A stretch of DNA of 64,000 nt, taken from the NCBI GenBank assembly GCA_034780895.1, contig JAUZTB010000077.1, positions 11,955,615 to 12,019,614 of the forward strand, in the 5' to 3' direction. Numbering within the stretch: position 1 is the stretch's first letter; each line of letters begins with the position of its first letter. Source of the DNA: Rhynchobatus australiae. Its lineage: Eukaryota. The position numbers were made by a program, and so were the translations under genes. The notes beneath the pieces were generated by a model. That model ran no database searches. It had not been told where the DNA came from and was given only the letters and a program-made list of their open reading frames with translations. Below are positions 1 through 12,700 of the stretch, piece after piece.

Positions 1-74
1 CAAAAACTTAACCGGACCAACCACAAATGAGCAGTTCAGAAACTAAGTATTCAGGAACGTAACAAAATGTTCTC

Positions 75-545
75 CACTTACACGGACATATGCAGCTCCA
101 ACAATTCGCAAGCAGCTAAACACCATCCAAGGCAAAAATCAGCCCACTTGAGTGTACCCATCCACTACCATAAATATTTATTCACAACACCACTGGTGTA
201 CTGTGGTTACAAGTGTGTATCATTTTCAAAATACATTGCAGTTACTTGCTAGGCTACTCCAAGAGGAACTCCTAACCTCTACCCCCGAGAAGGACAAGGT
301 CAGCAGGTATAAGGAAACATCACCATCCGCATCTTCACCTCCAAGCTGCACAAAATCTTGATCTAGAAATATATTTTTGGTCCTTCATCATTACCGAGTC
401 CAAATCCTGGAACTCCCCAACCACAGTGAGAGTACCTTCACCAGAAGGACTGCAGCAGATCAAGATGGCAGCTTACTATGGCCTTCTCAAAGGCATTTAG
501 GGATGGTCAATAAATTTTGTCAGCTATGCCCAGATTTGAAAAACT
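75..545 (+). mobile_element. Decayed 3' end of a CR1/L2-group LINE
   Basis: Degenerate match to a shark LINE 3' region I recognise (aaatcctggaactccc...ggactgcagcagatcaagatggcagct...ggcatttagggatggtcaataaa). No intact ORF. Confidence 0.6.
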
Positions 546-1529
546 GAATTAAAAACAAAATCCCACTTATATATTTCTTAGAGTCTAAAAAAGGGCACCA
601 TGTAAAACACTGATGTAAAAAATAAAAGCTTCTCCCATTTTCTTAGACTTCAGTTTTATTCACTGGTGAAAACATTAACTGTTGGGAGTTTAACAGATAG
701 CCAATTAGGAAAATTGTCTCCCAGAATTTTACAGGGCTGCCATGAATAGAAGGCTTAGCCCTCATTATCTCTCCTTATTCGTGTATGTGGAAACTAAAAT
801 CACATGGGAGAAAACAGACAATTTTAAAGCAATGGCTGAACTTTTCTCAAAGTTGAAAGTGGCTTCCTTTTTTTTTAAATCCCTTCTCAAAAGTAAATTT
901 CCCACCTGAAAAATGTCAGTTTTCTTGTNNNNNNNNNNNNNNNNNNNNNNNNNNNNNNNNNNNNNNNNNNNNNNNNNNNNNNNNNNNNNNNNNNNNNNNN
1001 NNNNNNNNNNNNNNNNNNNNNNNNNNNNNNNNNNNNNNNNNNNNNNNNNNNNNNACTCTGATTTTGTATGGGGATGTTTCCACCTATTCATGAATATCCT
1101 ATGGTCATGTCCTCTTTTTAATCCTGAAAATTATGTTCCTTACACTTCTTGCTCTGCAACAATTATTTGCTCATGCTTAATAAAGTCTTGATCCCTCCCC
1201 AAAATAAATCTTCCCATTGGTGTCCAACTACTGCTCTCACACCAGCAAGATCTGCAATGGCAGCATCTAATAGCAGAATGAATTTGAAAAAAAATATTTT
1301 CAGTATATTTTGTTCAAATAGAAAAAAAGTCAATTTACCATTTTCATTCAGTATGAACCCTCTGATTCAACTGAATCAACTATTCAACCCTCTGATTTGA
1401 ATCCAAGATCTTCTCACAAAACACAATGTCAAGATAAACTAAACTGATTTGAATAAATATCCTTTAGTTGAACTGTCAACTTTTATTTAATTTTCTTGTT
1501 CAAAAGGAATATAAAGACAGAACAAACTT

Positions 1530-1567
1530 TCTCTCTCTCTCTCTCAAACACAGACACACACATACAC
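1530..1567. repeat. Compound (CT)n/(CA)n microsatellite
   Basis: tctctctctctctctc followed by aaacacagacacacacatacac. Confidence 0.85.
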
Positions 1568-1989
1568 AATTTTACTTAAAAATGAATTGGGCTTCACCAC
1601 TCCACATCCCTCAAAAGGGATTACCGACGGCTGGTAACACTGTACTATCTATTATCCTTCAACAAACGAGCCCCAAGTGACTCAATCTCAAGGAGATATC
1701 CCTAGTCATATTATGTTGAAACAGTATCACCAAAGCCAAAGAATAACTGCTGCAAGTAAAATTAAAAATCAATGTTTTAGCTGCAGACACACATCTCAGC
1801 AACAATTACATTCTCAGAAGCCAATGTAGCACGAAGAGTTAACTATGAATATTTAAGGACCAATGCTTTTGGAGAGCATATCGATGAAAATACAAAGCAG
1901 TTTGTTGTATGTACAGTTGGAAAATTACATTCGTTCTAATCTAAAAATCTACCACCTCAAAAACAAGTAAAGTCAGATTGATTTTATGA

Positions 1990-2560
1990 TTTCATAGAAT
2001 CAAAGAAATCTACTACACAGAAGGCAGCCATTTGGACCATGATATTCACAAGGGCTAATTAAGAGCAATCTGATTTAAGCCCATTTCCTATCTCTTGGTT
2101 TGTAGCCTTGTATATCTCATCAGAAGCCCCCATTACCCTTTCAGGCAACAAACTTGAGAGACCCCTACCGCCAGACTGTGAAAGGATTTTATTCAATTCT
2201 CCACTATTCCTTCCACCAATTAGCTTAATCTGTTCCCCCTCACTACTGGCCTTTCTGCTAATGGAAACCGATTGTTCCTATTTGCTCCAAATAAACCTCT
2301 CAACCCATTTATCCACCCCCACCTGTTCAAAACAAAACACTATATTTCCTCACAATTAAACATCTTCAAACTTGGCAACATTCTTGTACAACTCCATAAC
2401 ACTCATTGCAGTACTATCACAATGACCCTGGCTTGTGGCGCCCAAACAACTTCATGCAGTTCATAGGTATTTTCCCAACTCTTCCATTCTATGCCTCAGC
2501 AAAAAGACTTGACAGAAACTTCACCCTAAGAAGGAATGCAACAAGGCTGTGGAATTTTAA
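1990..2560 (-). mobile_element. Decayed CR1 (HER1-like) LINE 3' fragment
   Basis: Reverse-oriented CR1 tail start (catagaatcaaagaaatctac..acagaaggcagccatttgg) followed by typical antisense ORF2 C-terminal sequence. Confidence 0.55.
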
Positions 2561-3769
2561 AAAAGCTCCTTTCATTCAAAAACAGTTTTTAACTTAATTG
2601 ATGTCATGGACGATGTGCAAATGGNNNNNNNNNNNNNNNNNNNNNNNNNNNNNNNNNNNNNNNNNNNNNNNNNNNNNNNNNNNNNNNNNNNNNNNNNNNN
2701 NNNNNNNNNNNNNNNNNNNNNNNNACTTAATTGATGTCATGGAAGATGTGCAAATGGTGTGACAGCGAGTGTATGCATTTGTGAGAATAAGAACATGAGT
2801 TTCTGCATCCAAATGTCTTCCTAGATATACCAGCACAGACACAAAAAGTAGCTCTGACCTTTAGATTATTTCAGAACTGGTTCTTTGACTCACTGCTAGA
2901 TTTCCATAAATTTAGACGTTTTCTCTGATATATCAAACTATCTCTGTAGCTCAAAGTTCGTATTCAAAGATCTAAAATTAAAGCAGCAAAAGTTGAAACA
3001 GAATTAAGAATGCAATGCTGCAGACATCCACCAAATACAAACAATGCAAAGGCACAGAAGGAATTACTGCTATGCCGTTGACTGGGAGGTAGAGTGAGAT
3101 TCAGCAACTGCTACTGCACGAATGAAGAGGTCATTGCCCATTGTGGCAGACTTGTGCTTCTGCGGGTATGTCAGTCTGCCTCCCAAGTCTAACATATTGA
3201 CTTTTAGACAGCTTCTTTATTTTAATGCATCAAGATTCAGTATGCACTTCAGATTAATTTAAACTATATTAAAAAAAGGATTCAAACAAATGTAAAATGC
3301 CTCATACCCCCTTCCCTTACCACTACATTTTCCCCCAAGAGACTCATTTAAAAAACGATTCACATGATTTCCCTATGCCTCTTTAAAAAAATTCCCAAAC
3401 CTGTCGAAAACTCTGGTCCTTAAAAGATACAATACATGGCCATCAAACAACATTTACAAAATTGTGCCTGGAAGGAAGTGCACCTTTCAATCAAAAACAA
3501 TTCTATTATGTATGTACAAGACTTATGTTCTCCAAAAACAAAAGTAAATGGAAATGTAATCTTAATATACACTTACATTATGGCAATTAATATTAGTTTT
3601 CTTGTCCTGTAAAAAATAGACTATAGCAAGATATGAAGTTTTACAACTCCAAATTAGACCAACCCTAACTAATTTTGAGTGAACCATGAATGTGATTTAA
3701 TTTGTGTCACCATTAACTTTCTGACGTGCTTAACAGATATCACATATTTAACTTGAACATTCTGCTTCC

Positions 3770-4115
3770 CTTTTAAAATTATGAAAGGATTATATTCAGT
3801 CTAAGTGGCTAAGCTATTTACTTTAAATAGGTAAGGGAGGACCAGGGTTATGGAAGTACAGAACTAGGTTAGGTGAAATCAGGACCTATTTCTTTTCAAA
3901 CAATGGAACAAGCAAGCAGCTTGCGCACTGCTTGCAAGTTCAACGTAAACACTTAAAAGTGTGTCAAATGAGTTTCTCTCATATCATTTCTCCCACTATA
4001 GAAATTAATGTGATCAGTTAGATGGGGGTGCTAGTTATTCAAGGAACAGTTAGGTTACACCTTCGGAGTTTAGAACACATTGGATGGACCATCTGGTCTT
4101 TTCCTGTTTTTCATG
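3770..4115 (+). mobile_element. Old CR1 LINE 3' fragment
   Basis: Degenerate ..aaaattatgaaaggatt..aagtggctaagctattt..gggaggaccagggt.. ending in ..tggatggaccatctggtcttttcctg, a CR1-type tail. Confidence 0.4.
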
Positions 4116-5541
4116 CGAGTATTTGAATATCATACGATTCTGTCTTAATTCGCTACAGCTACCACAGCAAGTCAAAATATTAAATTGCACAACAGAAATT
4201 CTTCAGGAAACCTCATGTACAATCACCCAAGCACTCCTGCAGAATGTTTATTCATCACTTCATTGGCATTGCAGGCAAATAAATTAGGGTTTGCCCTTCT
4301 CATCAAAATTCCCTTCCAGGATTCCATGAATCGTGCTTTGTTTGCCAATAATATCAGCTTTCTCACATCGTGTCTTAAACACAGCACTTACATATAGTAT
4401 ATAAAATATATACACACACACACAAAGAGATAACATACATATTGCCAATTAAGAAAATCCAAATTTCTTTCACTGACACCAAAGTACACCAGCTAATTCC
4501 CCATCTGGGGGCTGTGGAAGTGATGAGAAGAAAAATACACAAAGACAAGTAAATGTCATTGTAAATTGAAATAGCCCTGTGCAAATTTACCAAAAACATT
4601 TTTATGACAATTAAAACCCACACTAAAACATTCAGGGAAAGAAAAATGTGTAATTCAATAACTTAAATGTAAGGTTTCTCACTACCCTCCCCATCCTCCC
4701 ACCCCCCAAAAAAACTGGAAGGTACAATAATTTAATTGCAGAGTAAGTCATTCATTTTCCTTTTGAACCATGGTCATAGCTACTAGCTCAATCAAGGTCC
4801 CTGAAATGCTGAAGAAAACTCCATATTAAGTCAGTAATGCTCCTTTTATCTAATATCTAACAAAATATTACTTCTACCTACAGAGATACAAAACTCCCTT
4901 TAAAAATACTGGGAAAATCACCTTCAGCAATAACACATCTTTTTCTAGAAATCTGTGCATTTTTAATAAAAACACCACTTCAAGCAAATATGGACAAGCA
5001 GTTATTGCCAAGTGGAGAAACTGCAAATCTAGACCATACTGCCAAAAATGATAGTAACAAGATAATAAGTAAAAATAAAAGAACCACCATGATTTCAACC
5101 AAAATCCCAGCACCAGCAATCTGCTCATTAGGGAGAAGGAGGAGGGCCAGAAATTCCTCCACAAGTCAAACTGGACAACAGTCAACTCTATTCAGTACAC
5201 TAGTCTAAACTTGAAGACATGGCCATTAAAAGGGAAAAAGCATTTGAGAAGATTTACAAGCAATGATTTGAGACTGGTGAGTTTCACAACAGTAATGTTC
5301 AAAAAAGCTAATGCACAATATGCTTCAATTGCTCACCATTAAATATTGGAGGTTCTTTTACAGCAATGATGAAAAAATAGACTGGGCCTCATTTCAAAAT
5401 ACACACTGATAAAATTACAAATTTCTAAGTGTTATTAGCCTCATAAATTCATGATGGCAAGATATATTGCAGAACAAAATGACAGCTCACTGTTCAAAAA
5501 TGAGCAGTTATGTTTATAATTTTGCACCATAATACACTTAC

Positions 5542-5673
5542 CTATCAATCCATACGAGAGGAACTTGTTAACAGATGTAAGTGCTAACCCAGTGATAGGT
5601 CCAGTTGTATCTTCTGATCTGATCACCTCCAGAAAAGGTCGAAGGAAAACATTTGGTTCTATTACTGAAAGCT
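5542..5673 (-). CDS. GBF1: Internal coding exon of Golgi brefeldin A-resistant Arf guanine nucleotide exchange factor 1 (N-terminal DCB region)
   Basis: Translates (E)LSVIEPNVFLRPFLEVIRSEDTTGPITGLALTSVNKFLSYGLI(D/G), near-identical to the vertebrate GBF1 N-terminal segment as I recall it. Acceptor ttccttttctcttgcAG (AG at 5675-5674) and donor ATAG|GTAAGT. Length 132 bp, phase 1/1. Confidence 0.96.
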
Positions 5674-5949
5674 CTGCAAGAGAAAAGGAAGCCTGTTGTG
5701 ATAATAAATTCCAAGTAATCAAACTAGAAAAAGACCTATTAGAAGGATGAATATTAAAATAATCATATGTTCTTGTATTATATCCTTTTTGTAATAGATC
5801 TTATTTCAAAATGCATATTACACAGGTAAATGTACATTACATGCCACTTACTAATACTTTCTGAAAGATAATGCATTTTGCACACATATACTTAAAGCAT
5901 CTTAATGCACTTTTGACAAAACAATGGATTTCCACAGAAAACCAATTAT

Positions 5950-6190
5950 GTGAGAACATACAGCAATCATTTTCACGCAGCAAGATCCCACAATCAACAA
6001 TGCAATGAATGACCATTTAATTTACTTTCAATGTTGATCAAGGAGTTGAGTGGAACTAAGTTTGCTTTGCTCTTCACTTCAATTGTTAAAAGAGACAGTA
6101 AGGGTCTCAATTTATTGTCCCACTTGAAGGATTCCTGCTTTGGTATTGCAACTGAGCTTGAACTAGTTTATAATTCCGGCAACTAAACTT
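5950..6190 (-). mobile_element. SacSINE1/Deu-domain SINE remnant
   Basis: Antisense Deu-type core: cacgcagcaagatcccacaatcaacaatgcaatgaatgacc...atgttgatcaagg. Confidence 0.55.
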
Positions 6191-8234
6191 GAAAGATCAC
6201 CTTGTTGATGAAAATATTACTAAGCAAGGCAGGGAAGATAATATTTGATGATCTCTGAGATGTTATTTGTTTCTTACATTTGTAATAAAAGAAATATTTA
6301 ATTGAAAAAGATACTTCTTAAACAGTTAAAATATATAAGCTGACAGAGACTTGCAAAATGAGTTTTATAATCATAATAAACTAGCTAAATACAGCAATTA
6401 TTGTGCACCTGTTCAGCACACAGGAAATGAAAGATCCTTTTACATCAGAAAAATTGGAAAGGGCACATTTTTCCTGCAATTGTCTGTTTAATGCACAGAA
6501 TGAAATAAGATAGTCAATTTCATTGAATTCTCGCAATATTGCAGTGTAAACTATGCTTTATTTTCCCCTGATGGGTTACTGGCATTTACATTTGGAGATG
6601 TCTGCCAGTCATGGGGTTTGGACATAACCGCAGTGAACTTCCCTGTCTCACAGCATTTGAGTGAAAAACAGATGTGCCTGGTCCATTAATGTGTATGGCA
6701 TTTAAAGTAGCTACATACCATCATTGGTGATTTGCTGTACCCAAACAATCTGACAATAAACACTCGCAACATCAAACTTGATCAAAATTAGACACCATCC
6801 CAGTAATATTTCATGGTCATAGCTGTTATCAGATGTCACTTAAACTATCTCGTCACCTCTTATTTATGGTTCTACAGCAGCATTGATATATTGCAGGGGG
6901 GAAGTATAGACCCTTAAAATAGCTGATCAAGTGGTACCCATTGGCATAAATAGCCTGAAGCCTCAAGGCAGTACTCAAACGAACAACTGGGCACATTTAT
7001 GGCTGAAGACTCCTAAGTGATAAATTTTTGAAATCACCAGCAGGATTGGACATACAACATTCACTTCAAAATAAAAAGGAAAGAAAGATCTTCATTCAAA
7101 CAGTGCCTATTTCATCCTATTCAAGGAATCCCAAACGCCAGCTTATCACTGGTTCCCTGAGGGAAACATAGCAACCAAATTGTTGATCAGGCTGCCACAA
7201 AGAACCATGTGATGGTAACCAGATATTCCATTTTTAGCAATGCTGGGTGAAGGACAATAATTGGGGATTAGAGATAAGAGCCAATTGCTTTTTCTGAAAA
7301 TGAGTGCATGAGAAAAAGCAATCTGAAGAGAAAACATACCTTCAAAGAAAATAATGAGATCAGCAAGATAAAAATCCCACAATGATAACAAAATGTCTTA
7401 AAAATACAAAATGTTCAGAGGAGCAACAGGTTAAATATCATTTTTTTAAAAATGGAAAAACTCCCTCAGAATCAGATAATTAAGCTATGAAATGAAAGCA
7501 TATGGCCACAAAAGCAAATATGCTGATACATAAAGACTTAAAATCCTAGCTGAAAACTCAGAGATTTCATACTAGCACACACATTGAGCAACACAGGATC
7601 TTCCTTTCACCTGGTTAAACTGAATGAGATATATTATAAATAATGAACTTGCAACCAATAAATGCATTTACAGTAAACAAGTAGGCTGGGAGGCTTCTTT
7701 TATCCACTCCAGTTTTCCAGGTATGTTCATTAATGGGTGCTCTACAGGATTTCTCCCCCACCGTGAATGGCTGAAAGCTGTAAATTTCAACAAATCCAAT
7801 CCCCTGAGGAGTATAAAGCTTCACATACAGTAAAATTTTCTGACTTAAACAGAATTCAAGGCCCATTTTTTTGTTAGCTGAAGGCTTTTCTCTCCCCCCC
7901 CCCCCCAAGAGCTTGATAATTATTGTGCTGTATGGGAAAATACACTGTCAAAGCACTGAAAAATTCAATTCTTACANNNNNNNNNNNNNNNNNNNNNNNN
8001 NNNNNNNTAAGTCTTTCATTATGAGCTCAATTCTGTTACTAAATACAAGGCCAGCGACCAGTCATTTTTACAAATTAACATATGGAAAGACTGACCTGCA
8101 ACATCATGAAGCAAATGAAGACCTAATTATTCAAACTATGTTTGTAGTCAAATCAAATATAATGATGTGCATCCTAACCTTTTATACATCCTCAGATCAT
8201 ACATCTCCCAAAATCAATTATTGAACAAACTGGA

Positions 8235-8670
8235 TCTCCCACAAGGAAGTCTTATTATTGTAAAGGGCTTGGTTAGCTGACATTTAGATTTGATTTCTGC
8301 ATCCAAGGAAATATTTACTTGCTTTGGAAGTCTTGCAAAGTGGATTTGCTACACAGATTCCTTTGATTAAGGAAAGTTCTGTGAACAAAGTTTGAGTAGA
8401 ATGGCCATACTCACTAGAGGTTAGAAGAATGAGAAGTGATCTTACAAGAATGCAAGAGATTTTAACAGGGGTTAAAAGGGGCTATTTTCCCCAGCTGGAA
8501 AATCCAGAACTTGGGTGCGTAATCTCAAGATAAGACATCAGCCTCTTAAATGTGATGGGAAACTTTAACATCTTGGATTCTTAATTCTTGGATTTGACCA
8601 TCTCATTAGGATTGTGGATAGTCAATCATTACAGTCAAGGCCAAGATCAATCGATCTTTGGAGAGAATAG
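8235..8670 (+). mobile_element. Older CR1 LINE 3' fragment, interrupted by a younger copy
   Basis: CR1 ORF2 C-terminal signature (aaggaaatatttacttgctttggaag...ctagaggttagaagaatgagaagtgatctt). Its tail seems to resume at about 9045-9215 (gatcttattgaat). Confidence 0.65.
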
Positions 8671-8672
8671 AA

Positions 8673-9043
8673 GGAAATCGAATATTGAAAGGCCTGGATA
8701 GAGTGGAGATGAAGAGGATGTTTCCAGTAGTGGAAGAGTCTAGGACCAGAGGCCACAGCCTCAGAAATAGAAGGACGTCCCTTTGGAACATAGGTGAGGA
8801 GAAATTTCTTTAGCCAGAGGGTGGTGAATCTGTGGAATTTATTGCCATAGATGGCTGTGGAGACCAAGTCATTGGGTACATTTAAAGTGGAGGTTGATAG
8901 GTTCTTGATTAGTCAGGGCATTAAAGGTTACAAGAGAAGGCAGGAAAATGGGGTTGAGGGGGAAAAAAATAAATCATCCATGATCGAATGGTGGAGCAGA
9001 CACAAAGAGCCGAATGGCCTAATTCTGCTCCTACGTCTTATGG
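8673..9043 (+). mobile_element. Younger CR1 (HER1-like) LINE 3' end
   Basis: Encodes ILKGLDRVEMKRMFPVVEESRTRGHSLRNRR..RRNFFSQRVVNLWNLLP..AVETKSLGTFKVEVDRFL (CR1 ORF2 C-terminus). Tail ccgaatggcctaattctgctcctacgtcttatg. Confidence 0.9.
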
Positions 9044-9379
9044 AAATGAAAAGAGAGATTGAATGCAGATGAAATGGAGGAAGAGATGGAAATCGAATAT
9101 TGAAAGGCCTGGATAGAGTGGATATGAAGAGGATGTTTCCAGTAGTGGAAGAGTCTANNNNNNNNNNGATCTTATTGAATAATAGATTTGATTCAAGGAG
9201 TATATACCTAGTGCCAATCCCAATTAGAATGTTTTCATGTACTTGAAAACAAAATAAGCCTTCCACCACAATAATGAATTACTTAATTGGTGCAGTCATG
9301 CAAGTCTTACATTTTCTGTTCACATTTCAGACTTCCAGTATAAATAGCATTTTGCCTTTTGTCCTAATAAAAAAAACTT

Positions 9380-9760
9380 TGGTTTGAGTGACTGGGACTG
9401 TTTTCCTTAGCACCGTGAAGGTTAGGGCAACATTTAATAGACATCTTCAAAGCTATGAAGGATCATGATGATGCCTATAGGAATAAATAACTTCCACTGA
9501 CAGAGATATTGATTAGCATAAATTTATAATAACAGTCAAAAAAGTCCCAGTTTGAAATCAGGAGAGTGTTTCTAAACATTGTGAAGAGCCATATAGAATG
9601 CACTACCTAAGGTGGTGGTTGTGGAAGATGATTCAATGGTAGTCCTCAGAAAGGAATCAGGTCTATACTTCAAAAATCAGAAAGTTACTGGGAATAAGCA
9701 AAGATGGGAGTAATTGAATGGTCTTTCAAAAAGCCAGTACAAACATCAGCTGAATAGCCT
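9380..9760 (+). mobile_element. Old CR1 LINE 3' fragment
   Basis: ctgggactgttttccttagcaccgtgaaggttagggcaacatttaatagac...atagaatgcactacctaagg...agctgaatagcct. Confidence 0.55.
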
Positions 9761-12700
9761 TCAAAATTCTAGTCAGTGCATATCTAATGATGAATTTACA
9801 CTACACTGAGGGCAGTGGGGTGAAGTAATTTTGCTGAGCACCTTCCAACTTCAATTGAGTGAAGCAGATCGTCTCACTTTGCACAACTACAGAAGTCACT
9901 GCAGGCTTTCATACCAGACTTGAACTTTGCAAGCTTAATATTTATGGAATGTCGAATGTGGTTCAAACAAAAGCCAAATTTCCTGTGTTAATTAACACTG
10001 AAAGTCTTCAGTAAAATCTATGGGAGAACAAGTCTGAGAAATTAACATTTGAATGAGCTACTAAAAGCATTCTGTGCTTTTCACCAGTTACATGTATTTG
10101 GAGTTTTCAACCTCAAATTGTCTTGCAGAAAGGGGAAAGTTATTTATTCAATTCCCTTCAGGCCCATTCAGTTGTACCTTAACTATCCTGTGGATAAAAT
10201 TCTCCAAAATTACTTATTTGTGACCATCTTACATTTATAGCCCCAAGCTCTGGCTTGTGGAAATATCTTAATTGTATCTACCACATCAAACTTTAACACA
10301 AATTTGAAAACCTTTATGAGGGTAAGCCTTTGAATCTTTCTTTCTTGGAAAAAGCATAGCTGGTTCAATCTTTCCTGGTAGTTCACATGTTGGCCTAGTT
10401 CCTTTCTTCATTCTTCCCTCTAACAGCAACAAATCTCCTGTGTGTGATGTTGACCACAAATTGTTTGAATCTGAAAACACAGCTACTGTGGTCAACTGTT
10501 AAAATGAATTACAGTGAACATGGACTATCACCTTAGACCTATTGTTCTAAACTGTATGTGATCTAAATAGACAATCCAGATAATTGTGCCTTCTTAGAAA
10601 CTTCTGAACTGAATTGTAAATAAATTGCATGTAACCTTAAGCTGAAATCCAAAGAGGGGCAAAAGAAAAAACCTGCAAATTTCATACCGAGGATTTTTGT
10701 TATAGAATTTCATGCAACAGCTTCCATTATACATTGCATAGATTTTTATTTNNNNNNNNNNNNNNNNNNNNNNNNNNNNNNNNNNNNNNNNNNNNNNNNN
10801 NNNNNNNNNNNNNNNNNNNNNNNNNNNNNNNNNNNNNNNNNNNNNNNNNNNNNNNNNNNNNNNNNNNNNNNNNNNNNNNNNNNNNNNNNNNNNNNNNNNN
10901 NNNNNNNNNNNNNNNNNNNNNNNNNNNNNNNNNNNNNNNNNNNNNNNNNNNNNNNNNNNNNNNNNNNNNNNNNNNNNNNNNNNNNNNNNNNNNNNNNNNN
11001 NNNNNNNNNNNNNNNNNNNNNNNNNNNNNNNNNNNNNNNNNNNNNNNNNNNNNNNNNNNNNNNNNNNNNNNNNNNNNNNNNNNNNNNNNNNNNNNNNNNN
11101 GAATTTTTATTTTTCTTTTACAGATATGCCAAAATGAGCACCCATTTCTAAGTGGCAGTGTGTATCTGCTTAAAGCAACACTGCAAGAAACTTTATACAA
11201 CCGAAGCAGAATACAACCTCCTATCAATGAAGGCAGCTTACAGCTTCCTCTATTCAAACTATACAAATATAAAGGAAGACCCAAATTGGTTATTAACAAA
11301 ATACTCATTTTGCTGCAACTGTATGCAACAGGAATCTGTTGTCAACAAAAATAGTGATGTGGTCTAACATGATTTTTCCCATTGCTTTCTTCTTTGCCGA
11401 GTCTCTTAACCATTCGCTTCACCTCTGCAACCAAGAGCCGTCACCAATATTCTAAATCAATATCAACATTAATTGAGAAAATGTATGTTTTTTTCACATT
11501 TCTCTTTTGTCAAATAAGTCTTACAACAATAGCTATCTAAATCTGTGATATTTTTGCTCATGATATTTTTGTTGCTGCTTTTCAGTTTATAGCAAAGATT
11601 TGTGTTGACTTTTCATGTCAAAATAATTTTTTGTCACTTCTTTGTGTGAATGAGTTGATAAATCCTTTCATTTTACTTTTAGTAAGCTACATTAAGCAGA
11701 CCCCATTTAATTTGATGAAAAATATCTTGGGGCTATTAACCACTAATAACAGCCATTTAATGAAAACAGAAAAAGTGCACAGAAAAATATAAAACAGGTA
11801 AGAACAACATTCAAGAATTTTGAAAGTCACGAATCACTGAATGACCTGATCCAACTTCTCACAGATGGACTGCAAACAGCAGTTTGAAAGAAATGAACCC
11901 ATTAAAAGCCATACATAGCTTAATTGTGCTGGGATGCAATAAAAGACTTCAAAGGCTAACCTGACCTCCTGTGCCAAAGAATTTAAAAGCTGAACACAAA
12001 GCACATTTTCATCAACAGTATGGATACTCAATTTGTCTGCTGCAAACTGGTGGGCCTTTTACCACCTCGTTATGGCATTATTATTTGGGCCTTCTCATAT
12101 TCAACTGACATAGAATTTCATTGACAATACAAGATACCCTTCTGCACATGAACTTAAAAGATCCCAGAGTTTGAATAAGCCAACAACATTTATTGGAAAT
12201 TTGAAGGTTAAAAGGCATTGCTCAACAGACTAATTCTTGCTATCCAAACTGCTCTGGTTAAGATGTTTTTATTTTAAAAATCTAATCATTTTATTGTCTT
12301 AACAGNNNNNNNNNNNNNNNNNNNNNNNNNNNNNNNNNNNNNNNNNNNNNNNNNNNNNNNNNNNNNNNNNNNNNNNNNNNNNNNNNNNNNNNNNNNNNNN
12401 NNNNNNNNNNNNNNNNNNNNNNNNNNNNNNNNNNNNNNNNNNNNNNNNNNNNNNNNNNNNNNNNNNNNNNNNNNNNNNNNNNNNNNNNNNNNNNNNTTAA
12501 TGTACAATTATGACATAGGTGTTTTTAAGGTAGATATGAAAGGGTGTTGTTAAAAAAATGAAATCTGAAAAATCATTTTTTGCATTCATTTTATAATGGA
12601 TTTGTTTTTATATAGAACATCAGTTGAAAAGATTCGAAACAGAACTATTAACATTGAAACCACCAGCAATGGCATGGCTTTTGCAGTCAAAGGATCTCTT

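Larger units (their letters stand above)
1..5541 (-). other. GBF1: GBF1 intron downstream of the 132-bp exon (continues past the left edge)
   Basis: Starts with donor GTAAGT (5541-5536, minus strand). The next expected GBF1 peptide (..[26 protein letters not shown]) is not visible in 1-5541, though N-gaps could hide it. Confidence 0.8.

Noticed and set aside
2592-2756. 33-bp direct repeat (acttaattgatgtcatgga[c/a]gatgtgcaaatgg) on both sides of an N-run
   Set aside because: It flanks a gap of about 100 N exactly, as expected for an unmerged contig overlap or allelic ends rather than a biological repeat.
5441-5722. 93-aa ORF as a stand-alone gene
   Set aside because: Only 5542-5673 is GBF1-like and splice-bounded. 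The rest is intronic read-through.
8673-9157. 70-bp near-identical duplication (8673-8742 vs 9088-9157) resembling LTRs
   Set aside because: The sequence is CR1 ORF2, not an LTR, and the second copy runs into an N-gap. A local mis-assembly or gap-fill is likely and cannot be resolved without reads.
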